A stretch of 64,000 bases of DNA from an uncultured Bifidobacteriaceae bacterium (GTDB lineage Bacteria; Actinomycetota; Actinomycetes; S36-B12): contig CAZQXO010000002.1 of the NCBI GenBank assembly GCA_964597445.1, forward strand, positions 10,304 through 74,303, read 5' to 3'. Positions 29,497-40,125 of the stretch are shown here, in pieces. Below the pieces are notes generated by a model. The model saw only the letters and a program-made list of their open reading frames with translations, was not told where the DNA came from and made no database searches. Position 1 is the stretch's first letter. Every line of letters begins with the position of its first letter. The translations under genes and the position numbers were made by a program.

Positions 29497-30522
29497 TCAG
29501 TCCACCGACGCTGCAGGAGGGACGTCCGAGCCCCGCGCAGCGGGATCCTCGACCGCCGTGTCCGGCCGAATGTCGATGCGCCACCCCGTGAGCCGGGCGG
29601 CCAGCCGGGCATTCTGGCCCTCCCGGCCGATGGCGAGCGACAGCTGGTAGTCCGGGACGATCACCCGAGCTGCCCGAGCCACGGGGTCCACGATCTGCAC
29701 TCCCACCACGCGCGCGGGTGACAGGGCGTGAGCGATCATCTCCGCCGGGTCATCGCTGCTGTCGACGATGTCGATCTTCTCTCCGTTGAGCTCCGACATG
29801 ACCTGCCGGACCCGCTGGCCGAGAGGACCGATGCAGGCCCCCTTGGCATTGACACCGGGGGCGTGCGAGCGGACCGCGATCTTCGTCCGGTGACCCGCCT
29901 CGCGAGCGATGGCCGTGATCTCCACGGTGCCGTCGGCGATCTCGGGCACCTCGAGGGCGAAGAGCTGCTTGACGAGCGCCGGGTGCGTCCGGGACACCGT
30001 CACCTGAGGGCCCTTGAAGCCACGTCGGACCCCCGTCACCACGGCCTTGATCCGCGTGCCGTGCGGGTATGACTCCCCCGGCGGCTGCTCCTCGGGCGGG
30101 AGATTGGCCTCGACCTTGCCGATGTCGACGCGGACCATGCGTGGGTTGCTGGACTGCTGCACGACACCGGAGACGAGATCCCCCTCGCGGCCGGTGAACT
30201 CCGTCATGGTGACGTCGCCCTCAGCCTCGCGCAGACGCGTGAGGAGCACCTGCTTCGCCGTCGTCGCCGCGATGCGCCCGAAACCGTCGGGAGTGTCGTC
30301 GAACTCACGGAGGACGACTCCGTCCTCGTCGGTCTCCGCTGCCCACACCGTCACATGCCCGGTCTTGCGATCGAGCACCGCCCTGGCCCGGGACGCTGCG
30401 CCCTCGGTGCGGTGATACGCGACGAGAAGGGCCTGCTCGATGCTCTCCACCACCAGGTCCAGTGACAGGTCCTTCTCGCGCACAAGGGCCTTGAGGGCAC
30501 TGACGTCGATATCCATGGTCAC
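29497..30522 (-). CDS. nusA: Transcription termination/antitermination factor NusA
   Basis: N-terminal domain, S1 ([11 protein letters not shown]...[13 protein letters not shown]) and two KH domains ([12 protein letters not shown]...[11 protein letters not shown]; [25 protein letters not shown]). Confidence 0.95.
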   Translation of the reverse strand: MTMDIDVSALKALVREKDLSLDLVVESIEQALLVAYHRTEGAASRARAVLDRKTGHVTVWAAETDEDGVVLREFDDTPDGFGRIAATTAKQVLLTRLREAEGDVTMTEFTGREGDLVSGVVQQSSNPRMVRVDIGKVEANLPPEEQPPGESYPHGTRIKAVVTGVRRGFKGPQVTVSRTHPALVKQLFALEVPEIADGTVEITAIAREAGHRTKIAVRSHAPGVNAKGACIGPLGQRVRQVMSELNGEKIDIVDSSDDPAEMIAHALSPARVVGVQIVDPVARAARVIVPDYQLSLAIGREGQNARLAARLTGWRIDIRPDTAVEDPAARGSDVPPAASVD

Positions 30523-31025
30523 TCCTCCCGTGCTGACGGCATCGCGGCATCCTCGTCGGCCGATGTCGGACGCGTGAACTCCACCTGCACCACCGCGCGG
30601 GCCACCTGCGAGGGAGCGATGCTCACGGGTGAACCGTCGACGTCGAGCTCCACCAGCCCGTCGTCCCCGACCGAGACGATGCGCCCTTCGATCACACTCG
30701 CATCAGCATGCTCGACTCGCACGCGACGGTCGAGGGCTCGACGCCAATGGCGCACGTCCGTCAGCGGCCGATCGACGCCCGGGGACGTCACCTCGAGCAC
30801 GAAGGGCCCCGACAGCAGGGCATTGAGTGGCGGCTCGTCGAGCAGCCCGGAGACCCGCTGGCTCACGCTGGCGACGAGGTCGAGATCGACGCCGCCATCG
30901 CGGTCGATGATGATCCGGACGAGGTCCCGCCGACCGGCCCTGGCCACCTCGACGTCCTCGAGGTCCACGCCCAGTTCCCGGAGCGGACCGTCGAGTCCCT
31001 CCCGCAACCCTTGGCGCACGGACAT
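30519..31025 (-). CDS. rimP: Ribosome maturation factor RimP
   Basis: [12 protein letters not shown] motif; 168 aa; 4-nt overlap with nusA. Confidence 0.9.
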   Translation of the reverse strand: MSVRQGLREGLDGPLRELGVDLEDVEVARAGRRDLVRIIIDRDGGVDLDLVASVSQRVSGLLDEPPLNALLSGPFVLEVTSPGVDRPLTDVRHWRRALDRRVRVEHADASVIEGRIVSVGDDGLVELDVDGSPVSIAPSQVARAVVQVEFTRPTSADEDAAMPSAREE

Positions 31026-31120
31026 CGATCCTCCCGAATCCTGTTGTCGTGAAGCGGTTGTGGGTGCGAGTCAGTCAACGAGCGTTCACCACTGTACCGA
31101 GTGCATGCCATCCTTGGCAC

Positions 31121-31657
31121 ATGCCGAGCGCAGGGCTTCCGAGGCCGCTGATGGTCACCCCCTCCGTCGGCCGCCAGGAGTTCACGCGCCGCCACGGGCT
31201 TGCGCTGCTGACCCTGCTCGGACCCATCGGACTCCTCGCAGCCTGCGGCTCGGACACCGGGAGCGGGCCCACGGCGAGCGCTTCCGGCGAGGCCCCGAAT
31301 CCCTCGAATCCCGCGAGTCCCGCAAGCGGCGTGGCGGCCGAGGAGGCCGAGATGATCGCCCTCTACGACGCGGCGCTCTCCGCCCTGCCCACCGGGCCAT
31401 CGCAGGAACGGACCCTCCTGGAACGGATCCGAGGCGAGCACGCGGCCCACCACGCCGCCCTGACGGACGCTCCCCTCCCCGTCGACGTCATGGCCGTTCC
31501 CGTGTCGCGCCGCGACCTCATCGCGGCCGAGCGACGTGCCAGCAGAAGCCGCGTCAGCGCCTGCCTCGAGGCATCGGATCAGGAGCTCGCTCGCGTGCTC
31601 GCCCTCCTGGGGGCCTCCGAGGCCGGGCACGCCGCAGCACTGCGGGCACTGGCATGA
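31121..31657 (+). CDS. Putative lipoprotein, Ala-rich, ferritin-like (DUF4439-type) C-terminal region
   Basis: Signal peptide with lipobox LLAACGS. The C-terminal EEAEMIALYDAALSAL...RIRGEHAAHHAAL resembles the next ORF. The position equals the Ala-rich pair between rimP and proS in mycobacteria. I chose the ATG at 31121. Confidence 0.5.
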   Translation: MPSAGLPRPLMVTPSVGRQEFTRRHGLALLTLLGPIGLLAACGSDTGSGPTASASGEAPNPSNPASPASGVAAEEAEMIALYDAALSALPTGPSQERTLLERIRGEHAAHHAALTDAPLPVDVMAVPVSRRDLIAAERRASRSRVSACLEASDQELARVLALLGASEAGHAAALRALA

Positions 31658-31667
31658 CGGGACCTCG

Positions 31668-32090
31668 ATGGCGTCCCTGACCGAGGTCGAGGCCTGGACG
31701 GCCGTCGTCGTCGGCGAGGACGCGGCCGTGCGGGCCTACGGCATCGCCGGTGCCCAGCTCTCCGGATCCGACCGCCGTTTCGCTCAATCGGGCCTGGACG
31801 CCCATCGCCGACGCCGCACCCGGGCAGCCGAGGCCGTCACGGCGGCAGGCGGGACGGCCCCGCCCGCATCGGATGTCTTCGCCCTCCCCCCGCGCCTGCG
31901 TCGCCCCCGCGTGGCCCGCGCGCTGCTCGCCGAGGTCGACCTCGCACTCGTCGGGGTGTACGCGGATGCCGCCGCAGCGAGCGAGGGTGAGGATCGGAGG
32001 TGGGCCGCTCGCTCCGCAGCCGAGTGCGCAGCGGCTGCGGTGTCCTGGGGCGCACCCACGCAGGCCTTCCCGGCGCTGCCCGAGGGGTGA
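31668..32090 (+). CDS. DUF4439 (ferritin-like) domain protein
   Basis: EVEAWTAVVVGEDAAVRAYGIAGAQL...GLDAHRRRRTRAAEAV...ALLAEVDLALVGVYADAAA is the pattern I associate with DUF4439. I chose the ATG at 31668, 11 nt after the preceding stop. Confidence 0.55.
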   Translation: MASLTEVEAWTAVVVGEDAAVRAYGIAGAQLSGSDRRFAQSGLDAHRRRRTRAAEAVTAAGGTAPPASDVFALPPRLRRPRVARALLAEVDLALVGVYADAAAASEGEDRRWAARSAAECAAAAVSWGAPTQAFPALPEG

Positions 32091-32100
32091 CTCCTTCCGC

Positions 32101-32886
32101 TCAGGCCACGAGGTCCCAGCCCAGCCGCAGGATCAGCACGCCGACGACGGCGAGGAAGACCACGCGGACGAAGCCGCTGCCCCGGCGCACCGCGGTTCGG
32201 GCGCCGATGGCGCCCCCCAGCACATTGCCCGCAGCCATGGCCAGACCGAGCACCCACAGGACGGAGCCGGACAGCGCGAACACGATCATGGCGGCAGCGT
32301 TGGTGCCGAGGTTCACGACCTTGGCCGTCGAGGAGGCGCTCAGGAACGAGTAGCCCAGGAGGCCGACGAGCAGGATGAGCAGGAACGAGCCCGTGCCCGG
32401 CCCGAGCATGCCGTCGTAGAAGCCGATGCCGAGTCCACCGAGGGCGGCAACCCAGTAGTGGCGGGGGCGCCCCGCCCATCGGAGCCTCTGCTCCATGCCC
32501 ATCGCTGGCCGCAGGAGCGTCCAGAGCCAGACCGCCGCGAGCAGCACGACGATGATCGGGCGAAAGACCTCCGCCGGCAGGCTGCGGGCGGTCACCGCAC
32601 CCAGGGCGCTGCCCACGATGGCCGCTGCCACCATAGGCACGGCCGTGCGCACGTCCGGTCTGACCCGGCTCGCGTAGGTGGCCGTAGCGGCAGCGGTGCC
32701 CCCGATGCTCGACATCTTGTTCGTCGCAAGGGCCTGGACCGGCGTCGCCTCAGGCACGACGAGCAGGAGGGTCGGCAGCTGCAGGAGCCCTCCGCCCCCG
32801 GCCACAGCATCGACCCAGCCCGCCACGAAGGCGACCGCGACGAGCAGGGCCACGGTGCCCGCGTCAGGCAGGGCGAACGGATCCAC
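32101..32886 (-). CDS. TSUP-family (TauE/SafE) anion exporter
   Basis: A 261-aa polytopic protein with internal duplication and the GGGGLLQLPTLL / GPGTGSFLL motifs typical of TauE/SafE. Confidence 0.85.
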   Translation of the reverse strand: MDPFALPDAGTVALLVAVAFVAGWVDAVAGGGGLLQLPTLLLVVPEATPVQALATNKMSSIGGTAAATATYASRVRPDVRTAVPMVAAAIVGSALGAVTARSLPAEVFRPIIVVLLAAVWLWTLLRPAMGMEQRLRWAGRPRHYWVAALGGLGIGFYDGMLGPGTGSFLLILLVGLLGYSFLSASSTAKVVNLGTNAAAMIVFALSGSVLWVLGLAMAAGNVLGGAIGARTAVRRGSGFVRVVFLAVVGVLILRLGWDLVA

Positions 32887-32888
32887 GG

Positions 32889-33653
32889 CTAGGCACCGGT
32901 GTACAGCCCCGGCACCGTGCCGGCTCTCCAGGCACGCACCACGGCGGCGACGTCCGCCAGGCGCTCGACGGTGGCGTCAGGTCGAGCCGACGCGTCCGGG
33001 ACCTCCTCGGCGGGGACTCGCGAGTGCGGCACCCAGATCGTGCGCATGCCCACGCCGGCAGCCCCCGCGATGTCGTCCCACAGTCGATCCCCGACGAAGA
33101 CCACCGTGGAGATCGGGACGCCCAAGGCGTCGACAGCGGAGGTGAAGGCCTCCGCATGAGGCTTGGCCACGGGCATCTCGCTCGTGTAGCAGGCCGCATC
33201 GATGAGATCGGCCAGGTCATCTCGTTCGAAGACCTCGCGATGGTGACTGCTCGGCCACAGCGTGTTGCTCAGGACGCCGATCCGCAGACCGTCAGCACGA
33301 AGGGCCTCGAGAAGCGGACGGGCATCCGGATCCGCGCACGTGTGCGGGGCCCAGAAGTCCAGGTAGCTGCCCAGGGCGCGCAGGTGGCGTGCACCGCCGA
33401 TGTCGATGCCCTCATCGAGGAAGATCTGGTCAAGTGCGCCCGCCGACCTCGAACCGCCGGAATCGCGCTGATCCTGCCAGCGACGCAGCTCGGCATCGGC
33501 CAGTCGGTGGGCCAGGGGACGCGCGTTCTCCGGGTCGTAGATCTCGGCGTAGGCGTACCACTGCGACACGAGGTCGATGTCGTGCCAGGGCGTGAGCGTC
33601 CCGCCCCAGTCGAAGACGACAGCTCGGATGTCCACCACAGACCTGGTCGTCAC
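32889..33653 (-). CDS. HAD-superfamily hydrolase
   Basis: Motif [11 protein letters not shown], motif III/IV ...KPHAEAF...[15 protein letters not shown]. Confidence 0.8.
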   Translation of the reverse strand: MTTRSVVDIRAVVFDWGGTLTPWHDIDLVSQWYAYAEIYDPENARPLAHRLADAELRRWQDQRDSGGSRSAGALDQIFLDEGIDIGGARHLRALGSYLDFWAPHTCADPDARPLLEALRADGLRIGVLSNTLWPSSHHREVFERDDLADLIDAACYTSEMPVAKPHAEAFTSAVDALGVPISTVVFVGDRLWDDIAGAAGVGMRTIWVPHSRVPAEEVPDASARPDATVERLADVAAVVRAWRAGTVPGLYTGA

Positions 33654-35419
33654 GAGCCCACGAGAGCCCGGATCTCCTGAGCCGCATCACCGACGGGCAC
33701 ATCGACCCGGTCGCCGGAGCGGCGATCCTTGATCTCGACGAAGCCCTCGGCCAGACGCTTACCGACCACCACGATGGTGGGCACTCCGAGGAGCTCCGAG
33801 TCGTTGAACTTCACTCCGGGGGACACCCCTCGACGATCGTCGTAGAGCACCCGAACGCCGAGGGAGTCGAGTTCCTGCGCCAGCGCCTCGGCGGCATCGA
33901 AGGCCTCATCCGACTTCCCGGTCGCCACGAGATGCACGTCGGCAGGGGCCACTTCCCGTGGCCAGATCAGACCGCGATCGTCGTGCGATTGCTCCGCAAT
34001 GGCGGCGACGGCACGGGACACCCCGATGCCGTACGAGCCCATTGTCACCGTCACGAGCCGGCCGTTCTCGTCGAGGACCTTGAGGTCCAGCGCCTCGGCA
34101 TACTTGCGGCCCAACTGGAAGATGTGACCGATCTCGATTCCCCGAGCGAGGGTGAGCGATCCCCCGCACTCAGGGCAGGCATCACCCTCCCTCACCTCGG
34201 CGACGTCGATGACGCCATCACCGGTGAAGTCACGCCCCGCGACGAGGTCGAACACGTGACGACCGGCGACGTTGGCTCCCGTGATCCAACGGCTGCCCTC
34301 GACGACCCTCGGGTCGAGGAGATACCGAACTCCTGAATCCGATGCCCGACCGAGCACTCCCGGTCCGATGTACCCCTTGACGAGCGACGGGTGCGCCGCG
34401 AAGTCGGCCTCGTCGAACACCGAGGCGACTCCCGGCTGCAGGACTGCCTCCAGCCTCTTCAGGTCGACCTCCCGATCACCCGGAACACCCACGGCCAGCG
34501 CCTCACGCGTGCCATCCGGTGCCGTCACCATGAAGAGCACGTTCTTGAGCGTGTCCTCGGCGGTCCAGTCACGATCCTGTCGAGCCAGGTCCGGTCGCGC
34601 GTTGGCGAGTGCCACGAGGGTCTCGATCGTCGCCGTGTCCGGGGTGTCCTCCGCATGCGCCGCTGGGACCTCCCCGGGTGCCGACGGAGGCGGCGCCGTC
34701 GTGCGCACCGCCTCGACATTGGCGGCGTAGGAGCACGACGTGCATCGCACGAAGGAGTCCTCTCCCACCTCCGTCGGGGCGAGGAACTCCTCGCTCGCCG
34801 ATCCCCCCATGGCCCCCGACATCGCCGACACGATGACGAACTCGAGCCCCAGCCTCGTGAACGTGGCGATGTACGCGTCGCGATGCCGCCCGTATGACAC
34901 CGCGAGACCGGCATCATCGACGTCGAAGGAGTACGAATCCTTCATGACGAACTCACGGCCGCGGAGGATTCCCGCGCGGGGCCGCGCCTCATCTCGGTAC
35001 TTCGTCTGAATCTGATAGATCACGAGGGGAAGGTCCTTGTAGGACGAGTACTCCCCCTTCACGAGGAGGGTGAACATCTCCTCGTGCGTGGGCCCGAGCA
35101 GGTAGTCGGCCCCCTTGCGGTCCTGGAGGCGGAAGAGAGTGTCGCCGTACTCGGTCCACCGGTGGGTCTGCTCGTAGGGCTCCCGCGGAAGGAGAGCGGG
35201 GAAGTGCACCTCCTGGAAGCCGGCCCGATTCATCTCATCGCGCACGATCGCCTCGACATTGCGGTAGACAAGATGGCCCAGCGGCAGCCAGGTGAACACC
35301 CCCGGCGCCACTCGACGGACGTATCCCCCGCGCACGAGAAGGCGATGACTCGGAACCTCGGCATCGGCAGGATCGTCACGCAGGGTGCGCAGGAACAGGG
35401 TCGACATCCGCAGGATCAC
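33650..35419 (-). CDS. proS: Proline--tRNA ligase (bacterial type with INS editing domain)
   Basis: [33 protein letters not shown]-terminus and class II motifs ([21 protein letters not shown]; GSYGIGVSR). The true start may be the Met four codons inside the ORF. Confidence 0.95.
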   Translation of the reverse strand: MILRMSTLFLRTLRDDPADAEVPSHRLLVRGGYVRRVAPGVFTWLPLGHLVYRNVEAIVRDEMNRAGFQEVHFPALLPREPYEQTHRWTEYGDTLFRLQDRKGADYLLGPTHEEMFTLLVKGEYSSYKDLPLVIYQIQTKYRDEARPRAGILRGREFVMKDSYSFDVDDAGLAVSYGRHRDAYIATFTRLGLEFVIVSAMSGAMGGSASEEFLAPTEVGEDSFVRCTSCSYAANVEAVRTTAPPPSAPGEVPAAHAEDTPDTATIETLVALANARPDLARQDRDWTAEDTLKNVLFMVTAPDGTREALAVGVPGDREVDLKRLEAVLQPGVASVFDEADFAAHPSLVKGYIGPGVLGRASDSGVRYLLDPRVVEGSRWITGANVAGRHVFDLVAGRDFTGDGVIDVAEVREGDACPECGGSLTLARGIEIGHIFQLGRKYAEALDLKVLDENGRLVTVTMGSYGIGVSRAVAAIAEQSHDDRGLIWPREVAPADVHLVATGKSDEAFDAAEALAQELDSLGVRVLYDDRRGVSPGVKFNDSELLGVPTIVVVGKRLAEGFVEIKDRRSGDRVDVPVGDAAQEIRALVGS

Positions 35420-35478
35420 GGGGTCACCCTAGCCACCCCGGACGCGGGCGCCGGGCCGACGCTGCGGCTCTGGCTCGG

Positions 35479-36330
35479 CTAGAACAGGACTGTGGCGAAC
35501 TCGCCGCACTGCCGGAAGCCCACGGCCTCGTAGCAGCGTCGGGCAGGGATGTTGAAGTCGTTGACATAGAGGGAGACGGTCGGCGCGATCCACTGGTGCG
35601 CCAGGGCGACCACCGCAGCCATCGCCGGCTCCGAGATCCCCGTCCCGCGCCGTTCGTGAGCGACCCAGACTCCCTGCACCTGGCATGCCTGATCGGTGGA
35701 GGCACCGACCTCAGCCTTGAAGGTCACCGCACCCGCATCGCTGCGGATGAAGGACCGACGCTGCGCGATGAGTTCGGCGATGCGTGCCCGATAGGCGGCC
35801 GACATCCCCCCGGCCACCGGCGACACCCCGACCTCGCCCAGGAACATGTCGATGCAGGCGGGCAGCAGCATCTCTAGGTCCGCGTTCTCGCTGAACCTCA
35901 CCGCCGGATCAGGCTCGACCACCGGAGGTCCGCTGGTCGCCATGAGCGGCTGCGACGCACGCACCTCCCGGGCGCGGCCCCATCGAGGCTCCAGACGGCG
36001 CCACAGATCCAGGACCTCCTCGCGGGGGCCCACGATGGACGAGCATCGCCGGCCCGTCTGCCGCAGTCGCTGGGCGAATGCCTCGCGCGCCTCGTCGTTC
36101 GTGCCCACCGGCACGAGGTTGGCGCCGCAGTAGAGAAGGGACACCACCGTGCCACGCTCGACGTAGCCCAGGAGTTCACCACCCATGCGCCAGGGGTCCA
36201 CATCTCCCGAACGCACCCGGGAGGCCACGAAGCAGTGGGCCACCGGATCCCGCGCCAGGACGTGCTCGATGGACGGGAGGTCCTTGGCCGACAGGGTCCG
36301 AACTGACGCGATGTCGGCGGTGACCGTCAT
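35479..36330 (-). CDS. GNAT N-acetyltransferase with N-terminal DUF4081-like domain
   Basis: C-terminal GNAT core (VQGVWVAHERRGTGISEPAMAAVVALAHQ...VSLYVNDFNIPARRCYEAVGF). It sits in the conserved slot next to ispG, as in mycobacteria. Confidence 0.72.
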   Translation of the reverse strand: MTVTADIASVRTLSAKDLPSIEHVLARDPVAHCFVASRVRSGDVDPWRMGGELLGYVERGTVVSLLYCGANLVPVGTNDEAREAFAQRLRQTGRRCSSIVGPREEVLDLWRRLEPRWGRAREVRASQPLMATSGPPVVEPDPAVRFSENADLEMLLPACIDMFLGEVGVSPVAGGMSAAYRARIAELIAQRRSFIRSDAGAVTFKAEVGASTDQACQVQGVWVAHERRGTGISEPAMAAVVALAHQWIAPTVSLYVNDFNIPARRCYEAVGFRQCGEFATVLF

Positions 36331-36331
36331 G

Positions 36332-37489
36332 TCAGTCGACCGTCACGATGGGATCGCCCGTCTCGCCCGCCATGCCCTCGGCCAGGATCATGGCCTGCTC
36401 GATGAGGGTCTCGACGATCTGAGACTCCGGGACCGTGGCGATCACCTCTCCGCGGACGAAGATCTGTCCCTTGCCGTTGCCCGAGGCGACGCCGAGATCC
36501 GCTTCGCGCGCCTCCCCCGGGCCATTGACGACGCAGCCCATGACGGCCACGCGCAGGGGGACATCAAGACCCTCGAGGCCCGCCGTGACCTGCTCGGCCA
36601 GCGTGTACACGTCCACCTGGGCTCGACCGCAGGACGGGCACGACACGATCTCCAAGCCGCGCTGGCGCAGGTTGAGGGATTCGAGGATCGCGATTCCGAC
36701 CTTGACCTCCTCGACCGGCGGCGCCGAGAGCGAGACGCGGATGGTGTCGCCGATGCCACGGCTCAGAAGCCCTCCGAAGGCCACCGCCGACTTGATGGTC
36801 CCCTGAAAGGCCGGACCGGCCTCCGTCACTCCCAAATGCAGCGGGTAGTCGCACTGCTCCGCCAACTGCATGTACGCCTGCATCATGATCACCGGATCGT
36901 GATGCTTCACCGAGATCTTGATGTCGCGGAAGTCATGCTCCTCGAACAGCGAGGCCTCCCACAGCGCAGACTCCACCAGCGCTTCGGGAGTGGCCTTGCC
37001 GTACTTCTCCAGCAGCCGCTTGTCCAGCGAGCCTGCGTTGACGCCAATGCGGATGGGCGTGCCGGCGTCCTTCGCCGCTCGGGCGATCTCGCCGACCTTG
37101 TCATCGAACTGCTTGATGTTGCCCGGATTGACACGCACGCCGGCACAGCCCGCGTCGATGGCCGCGAAGACGTACTTCGGCTGGAAGTGGATGTCGGCGA
37201 CGACGGGGATGCCGCTCTTGCGCGCGATCTGCGGGAGCGCATCCGCATCGTCCTGGCTGGGAACCGCAACCCGCACCACCTGGCACCCGGCAGCCGTCAG
37301 CTCCGCGATCTGCTGCAATGTCGCGTTGACATCCGACGTGAGCGTGGTGCACATCGACTGGACGCTGACCGGTGCATCGCCTCCCACCCGCACCGGATGG
37401 GTCGGGTGGCGCAGCAGGATCTGACGCGACACCCGTCGAGGGGACACGACCGGAGGCGGGGCGGCAGGCATGCCGAGGGAGACGGACAC
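36332..37489 (-). CDS. ispG: 4-hydroxy-3-methylbut-2-en-1-yl diphosphate synthase (flavodoxin)
   Basis: VSVQSMCTT..., [11 protein letters not shown], and the C-terminal 4Fe-4S ligands SCPSCGR...[10 protein letters not shown]. Confidence 0.95.
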   Translation of the reverse strand: MSVSLGMPAAPPPVVSPRRVSRQILLRHPTHPVRVGGDAPVSVQSMCTTLTSDVNATLQQIAELTAAGCQVVRVAVPSQDDADALPQIARKSGIPVVADIHFQPKYVFAAIDAGCAGVRVNPGNIKQFDDKVGEIARAAKDAGTPIRIGVNAGSLDKRLLEKYGKATPEALVESALWEASLFEEHDFRDIKISVKHHDPVIMMQAYMQLAEQCDYPLHLGVTEAGPAFQGTIKSAVAFGGLLSRGIGDTIRVSLSAPPVEEVKVGIAILESLNLRQRGLEIVSCPSCGRAQVDVYTLAEQVTAGLEGLDVPLRVAVMGCVVNGPGEAREADLGVASGNGKGQIFVRGEVIATVPESQIVETLIEQAMILAEGMAGETGDPIVTVD

Positions 37490-37559
37490 CTCCTCATTAT
37501 GCCGCGGGACGCGGTGGTCCGCCGGACTGCTGCACCGCGGCGCCCGTACCGTGCGTGGA

Positions 37560-38882
37560 TCAGCCGAGGGAGATCGGCTTGATGAGATCCGCCCAGATCA
37601 CGATGACGCCCATCGCGAGCAGGACCCCCGCCATGACGTAGGCCACCGGCAGGAGCCGGGCGGTGTCCACAGGACCGGGATCGGGTCGGCCCATCGCGCG
37701 GGCGATCCGGCGTCGCACGCCCTCGTACGCCGCTCCCGCGACATGGCCTCCGTCGAGCGGCAGGATCGGCAGCAGGTTGAAGAGGAAGAGGAACAGGTTC
37801 AGGGAGGCCGCGAGTCCCAGGAACGTGGCCACCTTGGCGCGCAGGGGCTGATCCATCGCAGCCACCTCACCTCCGATGCGGCTCACGCCGACCACGCTCA
37901 CCGGGCTGTCCACCTGGCGCTCGCCACCCCCCACGAGCGTCTCGGTGACCAGCTCGTACAGGCGGACCGGCAAGGAGACCAGCGCTTCGACCGAGCGGAC
38001 CGTGATGTCCCACATGTAGCCGGGAACAGCCGTCCAGGACTGGAGCTCCCAGGCCGCCACGGGCGCGAGGCCGACGAATCCCGCCGTGACCACCTCATCC
38101 GTCGGCGCACCGGACTCGTCGTAGACCGGGCGCGTCGCCTCACCGATCGTGACGCCCAGATCGACCGGCTGGCCGTCGCGCTCCACGGCGACCGTGACCG
38201 TCGCCCCGGGATGGGCGCGGATCCAGTCCGTCGCGGCCTCCCAGTCCGTGTACGGCGTGCCGTTGATGCTGACGATGACGTCACCCGGCTGGAAGCCTGC
38301 TGCGGCGGCGGGCGCGGCCACGCTGCCCGTCGGACACTCCCCGGACGGGAGCGGCTCCCCGGCGGGCTGCGCCACCGTGGGCGTGCACCGACCAACGGAG
38401 GCCACCTCCATCGACGGTGTCGGGATGCCCACGACCATCAGCAGGATGGTGAACAGGACGAAGCCGAAGATCAGGTTCATGACCGGGCCGCCGAGCATGA
38501 TCACCATGCGCTTGCGCACCGGCAGCCGGTAGAAGACTCGATCGGCATCCCCCGGCCCAATCTCCTCGAGGGACTGCTGACGCGCCTGCGCCACCATGGT
38601 CGCGAAGCGCCCGGTCGTCATCGATCGGGCCGTGCCCTCCGGATCACCCGGTGCCGGGGGGAGCATGCCGATCATGCGGATGTAGCCGCCGACCGGGATG
38701 GCCTTGATGCCGTAGCGCGTCTCCCCGCGCACGCGCGACCAGAGAGTCGGGCCGAAGCCGATCATGTAGTCGGTCACCTTGACGCCGAACCGCTTCGCCG
38801 GCCACAGGTGCCCCCACTCGTGCAGGGCGATCGACAGGCCGATGAGGAGGACGAAGATCAGGATGCCCAGCAGCTCGAGCAT
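37560..38882 (-). CDS. M50-family site-2 protease (RseP/Rip1-like) with PDZ domain
   Basis: HEWGH zinc motif in TM1 ([15 protein letters not shown]), a central PDZ ([15 protein letters not shown]) and a C-terminal [12 protein letters not shown] motif; dxr-rip-ispG synteny. Confidence 0.9.
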   Translation of the reverse strand: MLELLGILIFVLLIGLSIALHEWGHLWPAKRFGVKVTDYMIGFGPTLWSRVRGETRYGIKAIPVGGYIRMIGMLPPAPGDPEGTARSMTTGRFATMVAQARQQSLEEIGPGDADRVFYRLPVRKRMVIMLGGPVMNLIFGFVLFTILLMVVGIPTPSMEVASVGRCTPTVAQPAGEPLPSGECPTGSVAAPAAAAGFQPGDVIVSINGTPYTDWEAATDWIRAHPGATVTVAVERDGQPVDLGVTIGEATRPVYDESGAPTDEVVTAGFVGLAPVAAWELQSWTAVPGYMWDITVRSVEALVSLPVRLYELVTETLVGGGERQVDSPVSVVGVSRIGGEVAAMDQPLRAKVATFLGLAASLNLFLFLFNLLPILPLDGGHVAGAAYEGVRRRIARAMGRPDPGPVDTARLLPVAYVMAGVLLAMGVIVIWADLIKPISLG

Positions 38883-38883
38883 G

Positions 38884-40116
38884 TCACCCTCCTGCCCTCA
38901 GGGATCCCGCTCCCTCGCGGATCAGCTCGTCCGCGCGCCGGCGAGCCCAGGCGTCTGCAGAGAGGACGTCCGCGAGGGTCGTGGCGTTCCCGTCGACCCA
39001 GCAGGCACCGTCCTCGTTACCTGACCCCTGCAGGTGCTCGTCCAGCACGCGAGCGACCGTGTCGACGATTCCGGTGAAGGGGAGATCCCCGGCGAGGAAC
39101 GCGCCGACACTGGCCTCATCGGCCGCATTGAAGACCGCCGGAGCCGTGCCGCCCGCTGATCCGGCCGTTCGAGCCCAGTGCACGGCGGGGAACGCCTCCT
39201 CGTCGAGGGGGAGGAACTCCCACGTCGTGGCCTGCGACCAATCGCACGCCGGTGCCGCCTCCGGCACGCGCTCAGGCCACCCCATTCCCCACGCGATCGG
39301 GATGCGCATGTCCGGGGGACTCGCCTGCAGCACGGTGGACCCGTCCACGAACTCCACCATCGAGTGGACCACCGACTGCGGGTGCACGACCACGTCGATG
39401 CGGGTGAACGGGACATCGAAGAGGAGGTGCGCCTCGATGACCTCGAGGCCCTTGTTGACGAGGGTCGCGGAGTTGATCGTGACCAGGGGCCCCATCGTCC
39501 ACGTCGGATGGGCCAGCGCCTCCTGCGCCGTGACGCCTGACAGGGACGCGCGCGATCGCCCTCGAAAGGGCCCTCCGCTCGCCGTCAGGACGAGGCGCTG
39601 GACCTCGTTCGGCTCCCCTGCCAGCAGGCACTGCGCCAGCGCCGAGTGCTCGGAGTCCACCGGGATGATCTGCCCCGGACGCGCCAGGCCCTTCACAAGC
39701 GGGCCCCCGATGATCAGGGACTCCTTGTTGGCCAGAGCCACCGTGCGTCCCGCCTCCAGGGCCGCGAGGGTCGGAGTCAGTCCTGCCGCTCCGGCCAGGC
39801 CATTCACGACCGTGTGGCAGTCCCATGCCGCGACGAGGTCGTTCGCCTGCGGGCCGGTGACGAGGCGGACATCGCCGCCGGTGGGCGTCCGGGCCTCGAG
39901 GAGATCTCGCAGTCGCGATGCTGCACGCTCATCCGGAACACCGACGACCTCGACACCGAACTCGATCGCCTGTGCGGCCACGTCCTCCAGTCTCGATGCT
40001 CCGGCAGAGAGCCCGACGATCTCGAACCGGTCGGGGTGCCTCCTCGCCACGTCCAGGCTCTGCGTACCGATCGATCCCGTGCTGCCGAGGATCACGATGC
40101 GCCGACGCTCGGTCAT
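38884..40116 (-). CDS. dxr: 1-deoxy-D-xylulose 5-phosphate reductoisomerase
   Basis: RIVILGSTGSIGTQSLDV NADPH motif, ...LANKESL..., PVDSEHSA..., NKGLEVIEA. Confidence 0.95.
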   Translation of the reverse strand: MTERRRIVILGSTGSIGTQSLDVARRHPDRFEIVGLSAGASRLEDVAAQAIEFGVEVVGVPDERAASRLRDLLEARTPTGGDVRLVTGPQANDLVAAWDCHTVVNGLAGAAGLTPTLAALEAGRTVALANKESLIIGGPLVKGLARPGQIIPVDSEHSALAQCLLAGEPNEVQRLVLTASGGPFRGRSRASLSGVTAQEALAHPTWTMGPLVTINSATLVNKGLEVIEAHLLFDVPFTRIDVVVHPQSVVHSMVEFVDGSTVLQASPPDMRIPIAWGMGWPERVPEAAPACDWSQATTWEFLPLDEEAFPAVHWARTAGSAGGTAPAVFNAADEASVGAFLAGDLPFTGIVDTVARVLDEHLQGSGNEDGACWVDGNATTLADVLSADAWARRRADELIREGAGSLRAGG

Positions 40117-40125
40117 GCTCGCAGG

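Noticed and set aside
26237-29650. Very long plus-strand ORF (1137 aa) spanning the infB-ylxR-nusA region
   Set aside because: It is antisense to unmistakable IF-2, YlxR and NusA genes. Its translation is Arg/Gly/Ala/Leu/Asp-rich low-complexity sequence with no motifs. This is the typical stop-codon-poor mirror-frame artefact of ~70% GC DNA.
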